A stretch of DNA of 64,000 bases from an uncultured Gaiellales bacterium. Its GTDB lineage: Bacteria; Actinomycetota; Thermoleophilia; RBG-16-64-13. Below the pieces are notes generated by a model. It made no database searches and was not told where the DNA came from. It saw nothing but the letters and a program-made list of their open reading frames with translations. The stretch spans positions 16,527 through 80,526 of the forward strand of contig CAZQDY010000004.1 of NCBI GenBank assembly GCA_964592075.1, given 5' to 3'. Positions 29,571-37,865 of the stretch are shown piece after piece. The stretch's first letter is position 1. The number at the start of each line of letters is the position of its first letter. The translations under genes were made by a program, and so were the position numbers.

Positions 29571-30492
29571 CCACGGCTATGTTCGCTGCGTCTGGATCGT
29601 GGCCGTCGGCTCCAGGGACCTCCAGCACGAAGGGGATGTGCGCGAGGGCCGCGTGCCTGACCACGCGGCCTAGTCCCTGATAGCCGATCAGGCCGTCGCC
29701 AGGGTTCTCGTGCAGGTCGCGGTTCGACGCCAACGGCGAGGCGGAATCGTTGAGATGGATCAGCCAGACCCGGTCGAGGAGACCGCGATTGCGCAGTCCG
29801 GACACCAACTCCTCCAGGCCGGCGGCTTCGTGGACCGGGTGACCCGCGGCGAACAGGTGGGCCGTGTCGAGGCACAGCCCGATCCGGGGTTCCTGGGGGA
29901 AGGCGTTCACGAGGACGGCCAGCTCCTCGAGGCCGGCGCCCACGGTGTTGCCGGATCCGGCGCTGTTCTCGAGCAGGAGCGGCGGAAGGCCTTCGGCGCA
30001 GCCGAGGCCGGCGAGCTGCTCTCCGGCTTCTTCGAACGCCGATCGGATGGCTTGGCTGACCCGGGCGGCGGCACTCTCGAAGCCCGAGCCCTTGTGGGAC
30101 CCCACGTGAGTGACCACCCCGGCCGCTCCAGTCAGGGCTCCGGCGGCCAGGGCGTGGGCCAGGGCTGAGGTTGAGCGCCTCCGCAGCCCCTCGTCCGGTG
30201 AGGCCAGGTTGATGAGATAGATGGTGTGCAGGTAGAGAGGGAGAGAGTGGCGGCGGAGACCGGTGGTGAGAAGGGCGATCTCCTCGCGGCCGGGGAACCG
30301 TGTCCGCCAGGTGCGGGGGTTGGAGCTGAAGAATTGCACCACCTCAGCGCCGATGGCGACCGCGCGTTCCGGCACGGGGGCGAAGCCGCCGGCCGTGGAG
30401 ACCTGGGCGCCGATCAGCGGCAGCTTCGCTCGCCCTGATCGGCCCCCACCCGTCCGCGATGCCCGTCGGCCGTCTACGCTCCTGTCTGCCAT
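29491..30492 (-). CDS. nfo: endonuclease IV (AP endonuclease family 2)
   Basis: Nfo motifs IGAQVSTAGG, TIYLINL, LCLDTAHLFAAG, IHLNDS...RDLHENPGDG. Both N- and C-termini are extended relative to E. coli Nfo. The 3' end overlaps the convergent aminotransferase by 80 nt. Confidence 0.8.
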   Translation of the reverse strand: MADRSVDGRRASRTGGGRSGRAKLPLIGAQVSTAGGFAPVPERAVAIGAEVVQFFSSNPRTWRTRFPGREEIALLTTGLRRHSLPLYLHTIYLINLASPDEGLRRRSTSALAHALAAGALTGAAGVVTHVGSHKGSGFESAAARVSQAIRSAFEEAGEQLAGLGCAEGLPPLLLENSAGSGNTVGAGLEELAVLVNAFPQEPRIGLCLDTAHLFAAGHPVHEAAGLEELVSGLRNRGLLDRVWLIHLNDSASPLASNRDLHENPGDGLIGYQGLGRVVRHAALAHIPFVLEVPGADGHDPDAANIAVVKAMRAGAAGPPRGPARAAERRAGSK

Positions 30493-30544
30493 GTGGCTCC
30501 GCTCCAGTCGTCCGACTGCCTCTACCTACCTGGGAGGCCAGCAT

Positions 30545-30552
30545 ATAGAATC
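30545..30552 (+). promoter_or_regulatory. -10-like TATAGAAT upstream of the glycosyltransferase gene
   Basis: One of three TAGAAT hexamers in the window; the others are at 36171-36179 and 48295-48303. All sit upstream of + strand genes. Confidence 0.3.
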
Positions 30553-30563
30553 AAAGAGGCCTT

Positions 30564-31784
30564 GTGAATCGATCGACGACTGGTGCGAGCATGACCGAGG
30601 TGGGTCGCGACAGTGGCGTGGACGGTGGGCGGCGGCTGAGGGTCTGGGCTCTCGAGCCCTACTTCGGCGGTTCGCACAAGGCCCATCTCGATGGCCTCAA
30701 GCGCTACTCCGGCCACGACTTCACCCTCTTGACGCTACCGGGGCGCTTCTGGAAATGGCGCATGCACGGGGGAGCTTTGTCTCTTGCCAGGCGCGTCGAC
30801 CAGGCCGTGGCCTCCACCGCCCAGGCTCACCCTCAGGTGCTCTTCGTTTCGGACATGCTCGACCTCCCGGTCTTCCTGGCGGCGGGGGGTCCGGGTCTCG
30901 CCCGGGTGCCGGCGATCCTCTACTTCCACGAGAACCAGCTCACCTATCCCTTGCCCCCCGGGGTGGGGCGTGACCTCGACTACGGGTTCAGGAACCTGAC
31001 CAGCGCTCTGGTAGCCCAGAGGGTCCTCTTCAACAGCGAGTATCACCGGCGGGAGTTCTTCGCCGCGGCAGCCGATCTGCTCCAGGCCATGCCCGACGAG
31101 GTGCCCCTCTGGGTCCTGGATGACGTGGCGGCGAAGGCCGGCGTGCTCCATGTGGGGTGCGATCTCCGCCGCTTGGACCGCCACCGCTCGCGGGCTTTGT
31201 CCGACGCGGCCGCCGGCCGGTGGGGCGACCCGTCCGCGGGACCTCTGCTCTTGTGGAACGCCCGCTGGGAATACGACAAAGCTCCCGGCGACCTGTTCGA
31301 GGCCCTGTACGCACTGAAGGCCTCAGGCGCCGGCTTTCGCCTGGCCATGGCCGGGCCCAACCAGGGCACGCCCACGGCCGAGTTCCTTCGGGCCAGTGTC
31401 GAACTGCGGGACCGGATCGTACAGTGGGGCAAGGTGGCCGAGTCTTCCGACTATGCCTCTCTGCTGTGGGCCTCGGACGTGGTTGTCTCCACCGCCATAC
31501 ACGAGTTCTTCGGGGTGGCGGCGGTGGAGGCGATGTACTGCGGATGCCGCCCCGTGCTGCCTCGGCGGCTGAGCTATCCTGAACTCGTCCCTGCCGAAGC
31601 GCATGGGGATGTGCTATACGGGGAAGGAGAGCTGGTGACGGCGCTGGCCCGGGCGCTGGCGGCGCCGCGCGCTTGGCCTGAGGACCGGCAGCGCGCCTGG
31701 GTCTCCCGCTTCGACTGGGCACACCTGATTGACCGGTACGACGAGGAGATCCAACGCTGTTGGCAAAGTGCGACCCCGGCGTGA
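30564..31784 (+). CDS. glycosyltransferase family 4 with N-terminal DUF3524 domain
   Basis: DUF3524-like LEPYFGGSHKAHLDGL. GT4 C-terminal motif EFFGVAAVEAMYCGCRPVLP. Start GTG 30564 or ATG 30591. Confidence 0.6.
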   Translation: MNRSTTGASMTEVGRDSGVDGGRRLRVWALEPYFGGSHKAHLDGLKRYSGHDFTLLTLPGRFWKWRMHGGALSLARRVDQAVASTAQAHPQVLFVSDMLDLPVFLAAGGPGLARVPAILYFHENQLTYPLPPGVGRDLDYGFRNLTSALVAQRVLFNSEYHRREFFAAAADLLQAMPDEVPLWVLDDVAAKAGVLHVGCDLRRLDRHRSRALSDAAAGRWGDPSAGPLLLWNARWEYDKAPGDLFEALYALKASGAGFRLAMAGPNQGTPTAEFLRASVELRDRIVQWGKVAESSDYASLLWASDVVVSTAIHEFFGVAAVEAMYCGCRPVLPRRLSYPELVPAEAHGDVLYGEGELVTALARALAAPRAWPEDRQRAWVSRFDWAHLIDRYDEEIQRCWQSATPA

Positions 31785-31821
31785 GGGAGACGGCCACGGC
31801 CGGCGGATCGAGGGAGGGAGC

Positions 31822-33192
31822 ATGATCGAGGAGCGGCTCTACGTCGACATCGAGCGATGCATGGCCGGAGCATGCGAGACGGGGGGGCTGACCCCCAAGA
31901 TGCTCGAAAGGTTCGCGCCCCGGCTCGAAGGCGCTCGGAGGGCGGTGCTGGACAGCGCAGGCGCCGGCATGCTGGGTTGGATGGATCTGCCGCGGCAGGA
32001 TCCCGCTGAGTTCCTGGCCTTCGCGGAAGAGAGCGCGGGCAGGTTCGAATGTCTCCTGGTCATAGGGATAGGGGGGTCGGCCCTGGGGACCATCGCTCTC
32101 TCCACGGCGCTGCTGCCCTTCTTCCACAACGAGCTGACGCCGGACGAGCGGGGCTCGAGACCCCGGCTGTACGTCCTCGACAACGTCGACCCCGACGAGA
32201 CGGCGGCGCTCCTCGACCGTCTGCCGCTGGAGCGGACGCTCGTCAACGTGATCTCGAAGTCGGGTACCACCAGTGAGTCCATGGCGGGATACCTGGTGGT
32301 GAGGGACCGCCTGCAGGCCGCGGTGGGCGCAACTGCCCTCAAGGACAATCTGGTCTTCACGACCGATCCTTCGGAGAGCGCGCTGCGCAGCATCGGCGAG
32401 TCGCTGGGGGTCCGCATGTTCGATCTTCCTCCCGGCGTGGGAGGACGCTTCTCGGTGCTGTCGGCCGTGGGACTGCTGCCGGCGGCGCTGACCGGCATGG
32501 ACGTTCGTGGTCTGCTCGCGGGGGCCGCCGACATGGCCGGTTGGATAGCCGCCTCAGAGGGCTGGAGGAACCCGGCGTGCACGTTCGCCGGCGTCCAGTA
32601 CGTGGAGGACACGGCCCTGGGGCGTTGCGTGAGCGTCATGATGCCCTACTCGGCTCGTCTGCGCGACCTGGCAGACTGGTACCGGCAGCTGTGGGCGGAG
32701 AGCCTGGGCAAGGAGACCGACCGCCAGGGCCAGATAGTCAACGTGGGACCCCTGCCGGTGAAGGCTCTCGGCGTGACCGACCAGCACTCCCAGTTGCAGC
32801 TCTACGCGGAGGGCCCGGACGACAAGGTCATCACCTTCCTGGGGGTGAAGGAGTTCGCCAACACCGTGCCCATCCCGGCGCCCGGGCCGGGCGCCGAGTC
32901 GCTGGCCTTCTTGGGGGGGCATACGCTGGCCGACCTCATGTGGGCGGAACAGAAGGCGACGGCCTGGGCTCTGGCCAAGGCCGGGAGACCGTCGGTGACC
33001 ATCACCGTCCCTCAGGTGGACGCCTTCTCTATGGGCGCGCTCATCTACATGTTCGAGATGGCGACCGCGATAGCCGGCGAGCTGTATGACGTCGACGCCT
33101 TCAACCAGCCCGGGGTGGAGATGGGCAAGCAGGCAACCTACGCGCTCATGGGCCGTCCGGGATACGAGTCGCTCGCGGGGGAGATCGAGTAG
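31822..33192 (+). CDS. pgi: glucose-6-phosphate isomerase
   Basis: PGI motifs LLVIGIGGSALG, VISKSGTTSES, GGRFSVLSAVGLLPAAL. Start MIEERLY with GAGGGAGGGAG RBS. The ORF track adds 31 upstream codons. Confidence 0.85.
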   Translation: MIEERLYVDIERCMAGACETGGLTPKMLERFAPRLEGARRAVLDSAGAGMLGWMDLPRQDPAEFLAFAEESAGRFECLLVIGIGGSALGTIALSTALLPFFHNELTPDERGSRPRLYVLDNVDPDETAALLDRLPLERTLVNVISKSGTTSESMAGYLVVRDRLQAAVGATALKDNLVFTTDPSESALRSIGESLGVRMFDLPPGVGGRFSVLSAVGLLPAALTGMDVRGLLAGAADMAGWIAASEGWRNPACTFAGVQYVEDTALGRCVSVMMPYSARLRDLADWYRQLWAESLGKETDRQGQIVNVGPLPVKALGVTDQHSQLQLYAEGPDDKVITFLGVKEFANTVPIPAPGPGAESLAFLGGHTLADLMWAEQKATAWALAKAGRPSVTITVPQVDAFSMGALIYMFEMATAIAGELYDVDAFNQPGVEMGKQATYALMGRPGYESLAGEIE

Positions 33193-33195
33193 CCC

Positions 33196-33825
33196 TTGCG
33201 GTACGTCGACATCGATACCTGGGATAGGTGGAGCTACTTCCAGAGGTATCTCGGCACCGACTTTCCCTACATAGTCATAGGGGCGGACATCGATGTCACC
33301 GGCCTGCTGGCGTTCTCGCGCAAGAACGGGCTCTCATCGTACCTTGCGATGATCTTCTCCGCTCATCACGTGGCGGAGTCCATGGAGAGTTTCAGGTACC
33401 GGATACTCGACGGCAGGCCCATCATCAACGAGCGGATGTGCCCGAGCTTCACCTACATCCCCGAAGGAAGCGATCTCTTCGTACTCGTGACCATGGATTT
33501 CGTGGATGACGTCCTCGAGTTCCACGAGAGAGCCAGGGCTAGGATAACCGCCCAGAACACCGATCCAGGGCTGGACGGCATCGCTGGGCGGTACGACATC
33601 ATCGGCTACTCCGCCGTCCCGTGGATCCAGTTCACGCATGTCATGCGGACCATCGGCAGGCTGGGGGCCGATTCCAACCCCAAGATGACATGGGGCAAGT
33701 ACTTCCAGCGGGGTGACAGGATGCTGATGCCTTTTTCGGTGCAGGTACATCACGGCCTGATGGACGGGCTGCACGTGGGCAGGTACTTCGAGGAGTTGCA
33801 GCGCTATTTGGACGGGCTGGAGTGA
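33196..33825 (+). CDS. cat: chloramphenicol O-acetyltransferase (type A CAT) family protein
   Basis: C-terminal region TWGKYFQRGDRMLMPFSVQVHHGLMDGLHVGRYFEELQRY matches classic CAT ([40 protein letters not shown]), including the catalytic His in the HH motif. Confidence 0.8.
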   Translation: MRYVDIDTWDRWSYFQRYLGTDFPYIVIGADIDVTGLLAFSRKNGLSSYLAMIFSAHHVAESMESFRYRILDGRPIINERMCPSFTYIPEGSDLFVLVTMDFVDDVLEFHERARARITAQNTDPGLDGIAGRYDIIGYSAVPWIQFTHVMRTIGRLGADSNPKMTWGKYFQRGDRMLMPFSVQVHHGLMDGLHVGRYFEELQRYLDGLE

Positions 33826-34041
33826 CCCGGGAGGCGGCGGGGCCGTGTGCGGTGAACGCAAGCGCACGGAATCGAAGCCCTGAAACGTGACCGCCAAGGG
33901 GAGTGCCGTGGTATCTGGTACGAGACGGCTGGGGTTGCCGCAGCGCAGCGTCGCGACACGCACTCGTGCAGAGAGCGTTTGCGGAGCGGCGGGAACCCCA
34001 GCCGTCTCTGTCGCATGACGGGGCGGCACCCCCCTTGTCGA

Positions 34042-34055
34042 CGAACATATGTTCG
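34042..34055 (+). promoter_or_regulatory. LexA (DinR) Cheo-box CGAACATATGTTCG upstream of dinB
   Basis: Perfect match to the Gram-positive SOS box CGAAC-N4-GTTCG. Sits 16 nt upstream of the dinB ATG, followed by TTATCCT. Confidence 0.6.
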
Positions 34056-34070
34056 GTTATCCTGTCACGC

Positions 34071-35288
34071 ATGAAGGGGGTTTCTCCGAAAGGGTTTTCT
34101 CCGAAAAGGCAGGAGATCATCGTGCGTCCTCGGGCCGCTCACCGGGCTATAGCCCACCTCGACTTCGATGCCTTCTTCGCCGCTGTGGAAGAGAACCGGG
34201 ACCCGTCGCTGCGGGGCAAGCCGGTCATCGTGGGGGGAGGCGAGCGGGGAGTGGTGTCGACCGCCAACTATATAGCCCGGCGGTACGGCGTACATTCGGC
34301 CATGCCGCTGCGCACGGCCAGGCGTCTCTGTCCCCATGGGGTGTATCTCACCGGGCACAGCCGGCTCTACCATGAGTATTCCCGGCGCTTGATGGCCTTG
34401 TTGGACGAGTATTCTCCTCTGGTCGAGCAGATGGGTCTTGACGAGGCCTACATCGACCTCACCGGCACCGAGCGGCTGTTCGGCCCACCGGTGCAGACGG
34501 CTCGGCTCATCCAGCGCAGAGTGACCGAGGAGCTCGCCCTTAGCATCTCCGTAGGGCTGGCCACGAACAAACTGGTGGCCAAAGTAGCCTCCGACTTTCA
34601 TAAGCCGGCCGGCTTCACCGTGGTCCCGCCGGGGCAGGAGGAGGAGTTCCTCGCGCCACTGCCTGTGGAGCGGCTGCCGGGAGTGGGCCCGAACCTACTG
34701 GAGCGGCTGCACGACCGGGGGGTCCTCACCGTCGGTGACCTCGCCCGGATACCGGCCCATCTCCTGAGGCTCTCGTTCGGGGAGACGGGCGAGTTGCTTG
34801 CCCACCGCGCCCGGGGGGAAGACCTGCGCCGGGTGACACCCTACGAGGAGGTGAAGTCCATCTCTCGGGAGCACACGTTCGACGAGGACGTGTCGGATGC
34901 GGGCCTGCTCGAGTCGACGCTGGTGTCGCTCACCGAGGACGTCTGCCGGCGCCTCCGCCGCAGGCGGCTGGAGGCGCGGACGGTGACGGTCAAGATCCGC
35001 TACTCGGATTTCGTCACCCATACCTGCTCTCACACTCTGCACCGGCCTCTAGATGTGGACGAGGCCTTCTTCGAGGAGGTATTGAGCTTGTTCCGGCAGG
35101 GGCGCCGGCGGCGCTATCACCTGAGGCTGTTGGGAGTAGGGCTCAGCAACCTGGCGCCGCGCGCCTGGCAGGACGACCTCTTCGACCAGGAGTTGCCGCT
35201 GCTCAGAGAGCTCGACCTCAAGCTTGACGCCATACGGGAGAAATACGGCAAGGAGGCGGTGCGACGGGGGGCGGCTCTCCCCCTGTGA
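34071..35288 (+). CDS. dinB: DNA polymerase IV (Y-family)
   Basis: AHLDFDAFFAAVEE, GKPVIVGG...VVSTANYIARRYGVHSAMP. Start MKGVSPKG preferred; the ORF track adds 56 upstream codons. Codons 2-12 carry a 16-nt in-frame tandem repeat. Confidence 0.85.
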   Translation: MKGVSPKGFSPKRQEIIVRPRAAHRAIAHLDFDAFFAAVEENRDPSLRGKPVIVGGGERGVVSTANYIARRYGVHSAMPLRTARRLCPHGVYLTGHSRLYHEYSRRLMALLDEYSPLVEQMGLDEAYIDLTGTERLFGPPVQTARLIQRRVTEELALSISVGLATNKLVAKVASDFHKPAGFTVVPPGQEEEFLAPLPVERLPGVGPNLLERLHDRGVLTVGDLARIPAHLLRLSFGETGELLAHRARGEDLRRVTPYEEVKSISREHTFDEDVSDAGLLESTLVSLTEDVCRRLRRRRLEARTVTVKIRYSDFVTHTCSHTLHRPLDVDEAFFEEVLSLFRQGRRRRYHLRLLGVGLSNLAPRAWQDDLFDQELPLLRELDLKLDAIREKYGKEAVRRGAALPL

Positions 35289-35301
35289 CCCGCCCGGGTC
35301 C

Positions 35302-36078
35302 CTACCGGTCGGTCCGTGCGTAGATGCGCACCTCCGAAAGAGCCGTATCCTCCCACTCATAGCCGGGGTGGACCGAGACGATGGCCATCTTCACCCACTC
35401 GACCGGCTGGCGGGTGGGCAGGATCGTCTGAAAGTCCGGAGCGTCGAGCAGGTCCACCAATTGGACGGTGCCGGTGGAGTACTCTACCTTGAGCGTCTTG
35501 ATGCGGGGGTTGCCGGCGAAGCGGTCGTCGTCCTTCTGGAACCCGTTGGCTATCTCGATGCGCGTGAGCACCAGCTGCCGGGAGAACTCGAACTTGACCC
35601 ATTCGCCTAGACCCAGACCCTCGGCCCCCTCGTTCCACGCGGTGGCGACGTCGCCGTCCACCAGATTGGTGGGACGGTAGTTGTTGGTGGAGGTGGCCTT
35701 GAGGGTCGAAGACGCATCGACCGACGTCGGCCTGACGAGGATGGAGGCTTCGGAGGGCGAGGTCTGGCCGGAGCCGGAACCACCGGAGGACTCGCCGGGC
35801 AGAGTGGCGGTGGTGCCGGATATCCCGGCATACGGGTCGACCTCTTCCTCGGTGGCGAGCCCCTTCTGGATCACCGCATAGAGAGTGAAGACCGTGGCCG
35901 CGAGGATCAAGAGGAGCGCGAACGCCTTGAGTGCGCCGACCACCGTCACCCTGCGACGCCTGTGCAAGGACCCGGAAGGCGACCTCCCGTAGAGAGTCGC
36001 CCCGCAGCGGCTGCAGAAGAGGGAGTGCGCCTCGTTGATGGTCCGGCATTCGCCGCATCTCACGAATTGTGGGCTCAT
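35302..36078 (-). CDS. membrane-anchored protein: N-terminal zinc-ribbon, one TM helix, Ser/Gly-rich linker, C-terminal discoidin / NADase-type glycan-binding-like beta-sandwich domain
   Basis: CGECRTIN...CSRCG zinc ribbon. [25 protein letters not shown]-terminal region [18 protein letters not shown]...WVKFEFSR...IANGF. Confidence 0.55.
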   Translation of the reverse strand: MSPQFVRCGECRTINEAHSLFCSRCGATLYGRSPSGSLHRRRRVTVVGALKAFALLLILAATVFTLYAVIQKGLATEEEVDPYAGISGTTATLPGESSGGSGSGQTSPSEASILVRPTSVDASSTLKATSTNNYRPTNLVDGDVATAWNEGAEGLGLGEWVKFEFSRQLVLTRIEIANGFQKDDDRFAGNPRIKTLKVEYSTGTVQLVDLLDAPDFQTILPTRQPVEWVKMAIVSVHPGYEWEDTALSEVRIYARTDR

Positions 36079-36170
36079 CTGTGTCAGTGGTCCCCAGTCT
36101 CGAGAGGTCTCATGGGCATGGTCATGTGACGGTGATTATCGCAGGAGAGAGAGGTCGCTTCCCAGGCCTC

Positions 36171-36179
36171 TGCTAGAAT
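36171..36179 (+). promoter_or_regulatory. extended -10-like TGCTAGAAT upstream of the lsrF-like gene
   Basis: Identical 9-mer to the one upstream of metG (48295-48303). Lies 41 nt before the lsrF-like ATG. Confidence 0.35.
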
Positions 36180-36220
36180 CAGGGAGTCTGTCCCCTGCGA
36201 GAACAAGCGGAGAGTCATCG

Positions 36221-37117
36221 ATGCCGGATATCGACAGCCTCAAGGAATCCAAGAACTACTACCTCGATGTGCCGTATCGGCACGAAGCCTTCTTTGTCAA
36301 AGGTTCCACCTCGCTCGACTGGGGTATGCAGAACCGCCTGGCCCGCATCTTCAACCCTGCGTCAGGTCGGACTGTCATGCTGGCCATCGACCATGGTTAC
36401 TTCCAAGGACCGACTTCCGGCCTGGAGCGCGTCGACGTGAGCATCCTACCCTTGGCTCCCTATGCCGACGCACTCATGCTCACTCGAGGCATTCTCCGTA
36501 CGACCGTGCCCTCCTCCTGCGGCAAGGGGGTTGTCCTCCGGGCGAGCGGGGGCCCCAGCATCCTCAAAGAGCTGTCAAACGAGCAGTTGGCCCTGGATAT
36601 CGAAGACGCCGTGCGTCTCAACGCCGCCGCCATGGCCGTGCAGGTGTTCATCGGAGGCGAGTACGAGACGCAGTCCATCCACAACCTCACCCGGCTGGTC
36701 GACATGGGCAACCGGTACGGGGTGCCGGTGCTGGGCGTGACGGCCGTCGGCAAGAGCATGACCCGCGACGCCCGCTACTTCCGCCTGGCTTGCCGCATCG
36801 CGGCGGAGTTGGGCGCGCACTTCGTCAAGACCTACTACGTGGAAGAGGACTTCGAGACGGTGACGGCTTCATGCCCGGTGCCCATCGTGATGGCCGGCGG
36901 CAAGAAACTGCCCGAGCTCGACGCCCTCACCATGGCCTACAAAGCAGTGAGCGAGGGGGCCGCCGGGGTCGACATGGGCCGCAACATCTTCCAGTCGGAC
37001 GCTCCCGTGGCCATGATCCAGGCCGTGGGCAAGGTCGTGCACGAGAACATGAAGCCTGAAGAGGCTCACGAGTTCTTCCTCACGCTGAGAAGCGAGTCCC
37101 GGAAGGAGAACGAGTAG
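36221..37117 (+). CDS. lsrF: LsrF-like aldolase/thiolase (DeoC/FbaB family; 3-hydroxy-5-phosphonooxypentane-2,4-dione thiolase homologue)
   Basis: High similarity along the whole length to E. coli LsrF as I recall it ([60 protein letters not shown]). Start MPDIDSL; the ORF track adds 62 upstream codons. Confidence 0.8.
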   Translation: MPDIDSLKESKNYYLDVPYRHEAFFVKGSTSLDWGMQNRLARIFNPASGRTVMLAIDHGYFQGPTSGLERVDVSILPLAPYADALMLTRGILRTTVPSSCGKGVVLRASGGPSILKELSNEQLALDIEDAVRLNAAAMAVQVFIGGEYETQSIHNLTRLVDMGNRYGVPVLGVTAVGKSMTRDARYFRLACRIAAELGAHFVKTYYVEEDFETVTASCPVPIVMAGGKKLPELDALTMAYKAVSEGAAGVDMGRNIFQSDAPVAMIQAVGKVVHENMKPEEAHEFFLTLRSESRKENE

Positions 37118-37124
37118 GGGCGAG

Positions 37125-37862
37125 GTGGACGATACCTCGACACTAGGGCGCCTGCGGTCGCTCTGCCCCACTGTGAGCGTGGGGCTGCTGCCGGCCGACC
37201 TGATGAACCTGGGGGCGGAGCTGGCCATGCTGGAGGAGGCCGGAGCGGGGGTGGTCCACGTCGACGTGATGGACGGTTGCTTCTGCCCTCAGATGACGGT
37301 GGGGCCGCCCTATGTCAAGGGCCTGAGGACTCCCATGTTGAAGGACGTGCACCTCATGGTGCGCGAACCATTGGACAAGCTGGCCGGGTACGTGGACGCC
37401 GGAGCCGACATGATAACAGTGCACGTGGAGGCGGCCGTCCATATCCATCGGGTCCTGCAGCGGTTGGGCGGCATGGAGCACAGTGCGGGGCCGGAGCGGG
37501 GCATCGTCCGGGGGCTGGCTCTCAATCCCGGCACTCCTCTGGAATGGCTGACTCCTGCGCTCCTGGACGAGGTGGACATGGTCTCGCTTCTGGCGGTGGA
37601 TCCCGGTTGGAGCGGGCAACGGTTCGCACCCGGTACCTTGGCCCGCGTGGCACGGGCCAAGGAGTTCATCGCGGCGTCGGGTAGGGACATCCTTCTCTGC
37701 GTCGACGGTGGGATGACGAGAGGTAACATCGCTGAGGTGGCTGCGGCGGGGGTCGATATCGTGGCCGCGGGCAGCGCGGTGTTCGACGGCGGGTCCGCCG
37801 GCGCCGCGACTACCGGTGCAAACGCCCGTTTCATGCTCGACGCCGTCCGGGGAGCGCGGTAG
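37125..37862 (+). CDS. ribulose-phosphate 3-epimerase family protein (LsrE-like)
   Basis: RPE motifs HVDVMDG, PYVKGLR, DVHLMV, ITVHVEA, GLALNPGTP, VDPGWSGQ. 245 aa. Confidence 0.8.
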   Translation: MDDTSTLGRLRSLCPTVSVGLLPADLMNLGAELAMLEEAGAGVVHVDVMDGCFCPQMTVGPPYVKGLRTPMLKDVHLMVREPLDKLAGYVDAGADMITVHVEAAVHIHRVLQRLGGMEHSAGPERGIVRGLALNPGTPLEWLTPALLDEVDMVSLLAVDPGWSGQRFAPGTLARVARAKEFIAASGRDILLCVDGGMTRGNIAEVAAAGVDIVAAGSAVFDGGSAGAATTGANARFMLDAVRGAR

Positions 37863-37865
37863 CCC

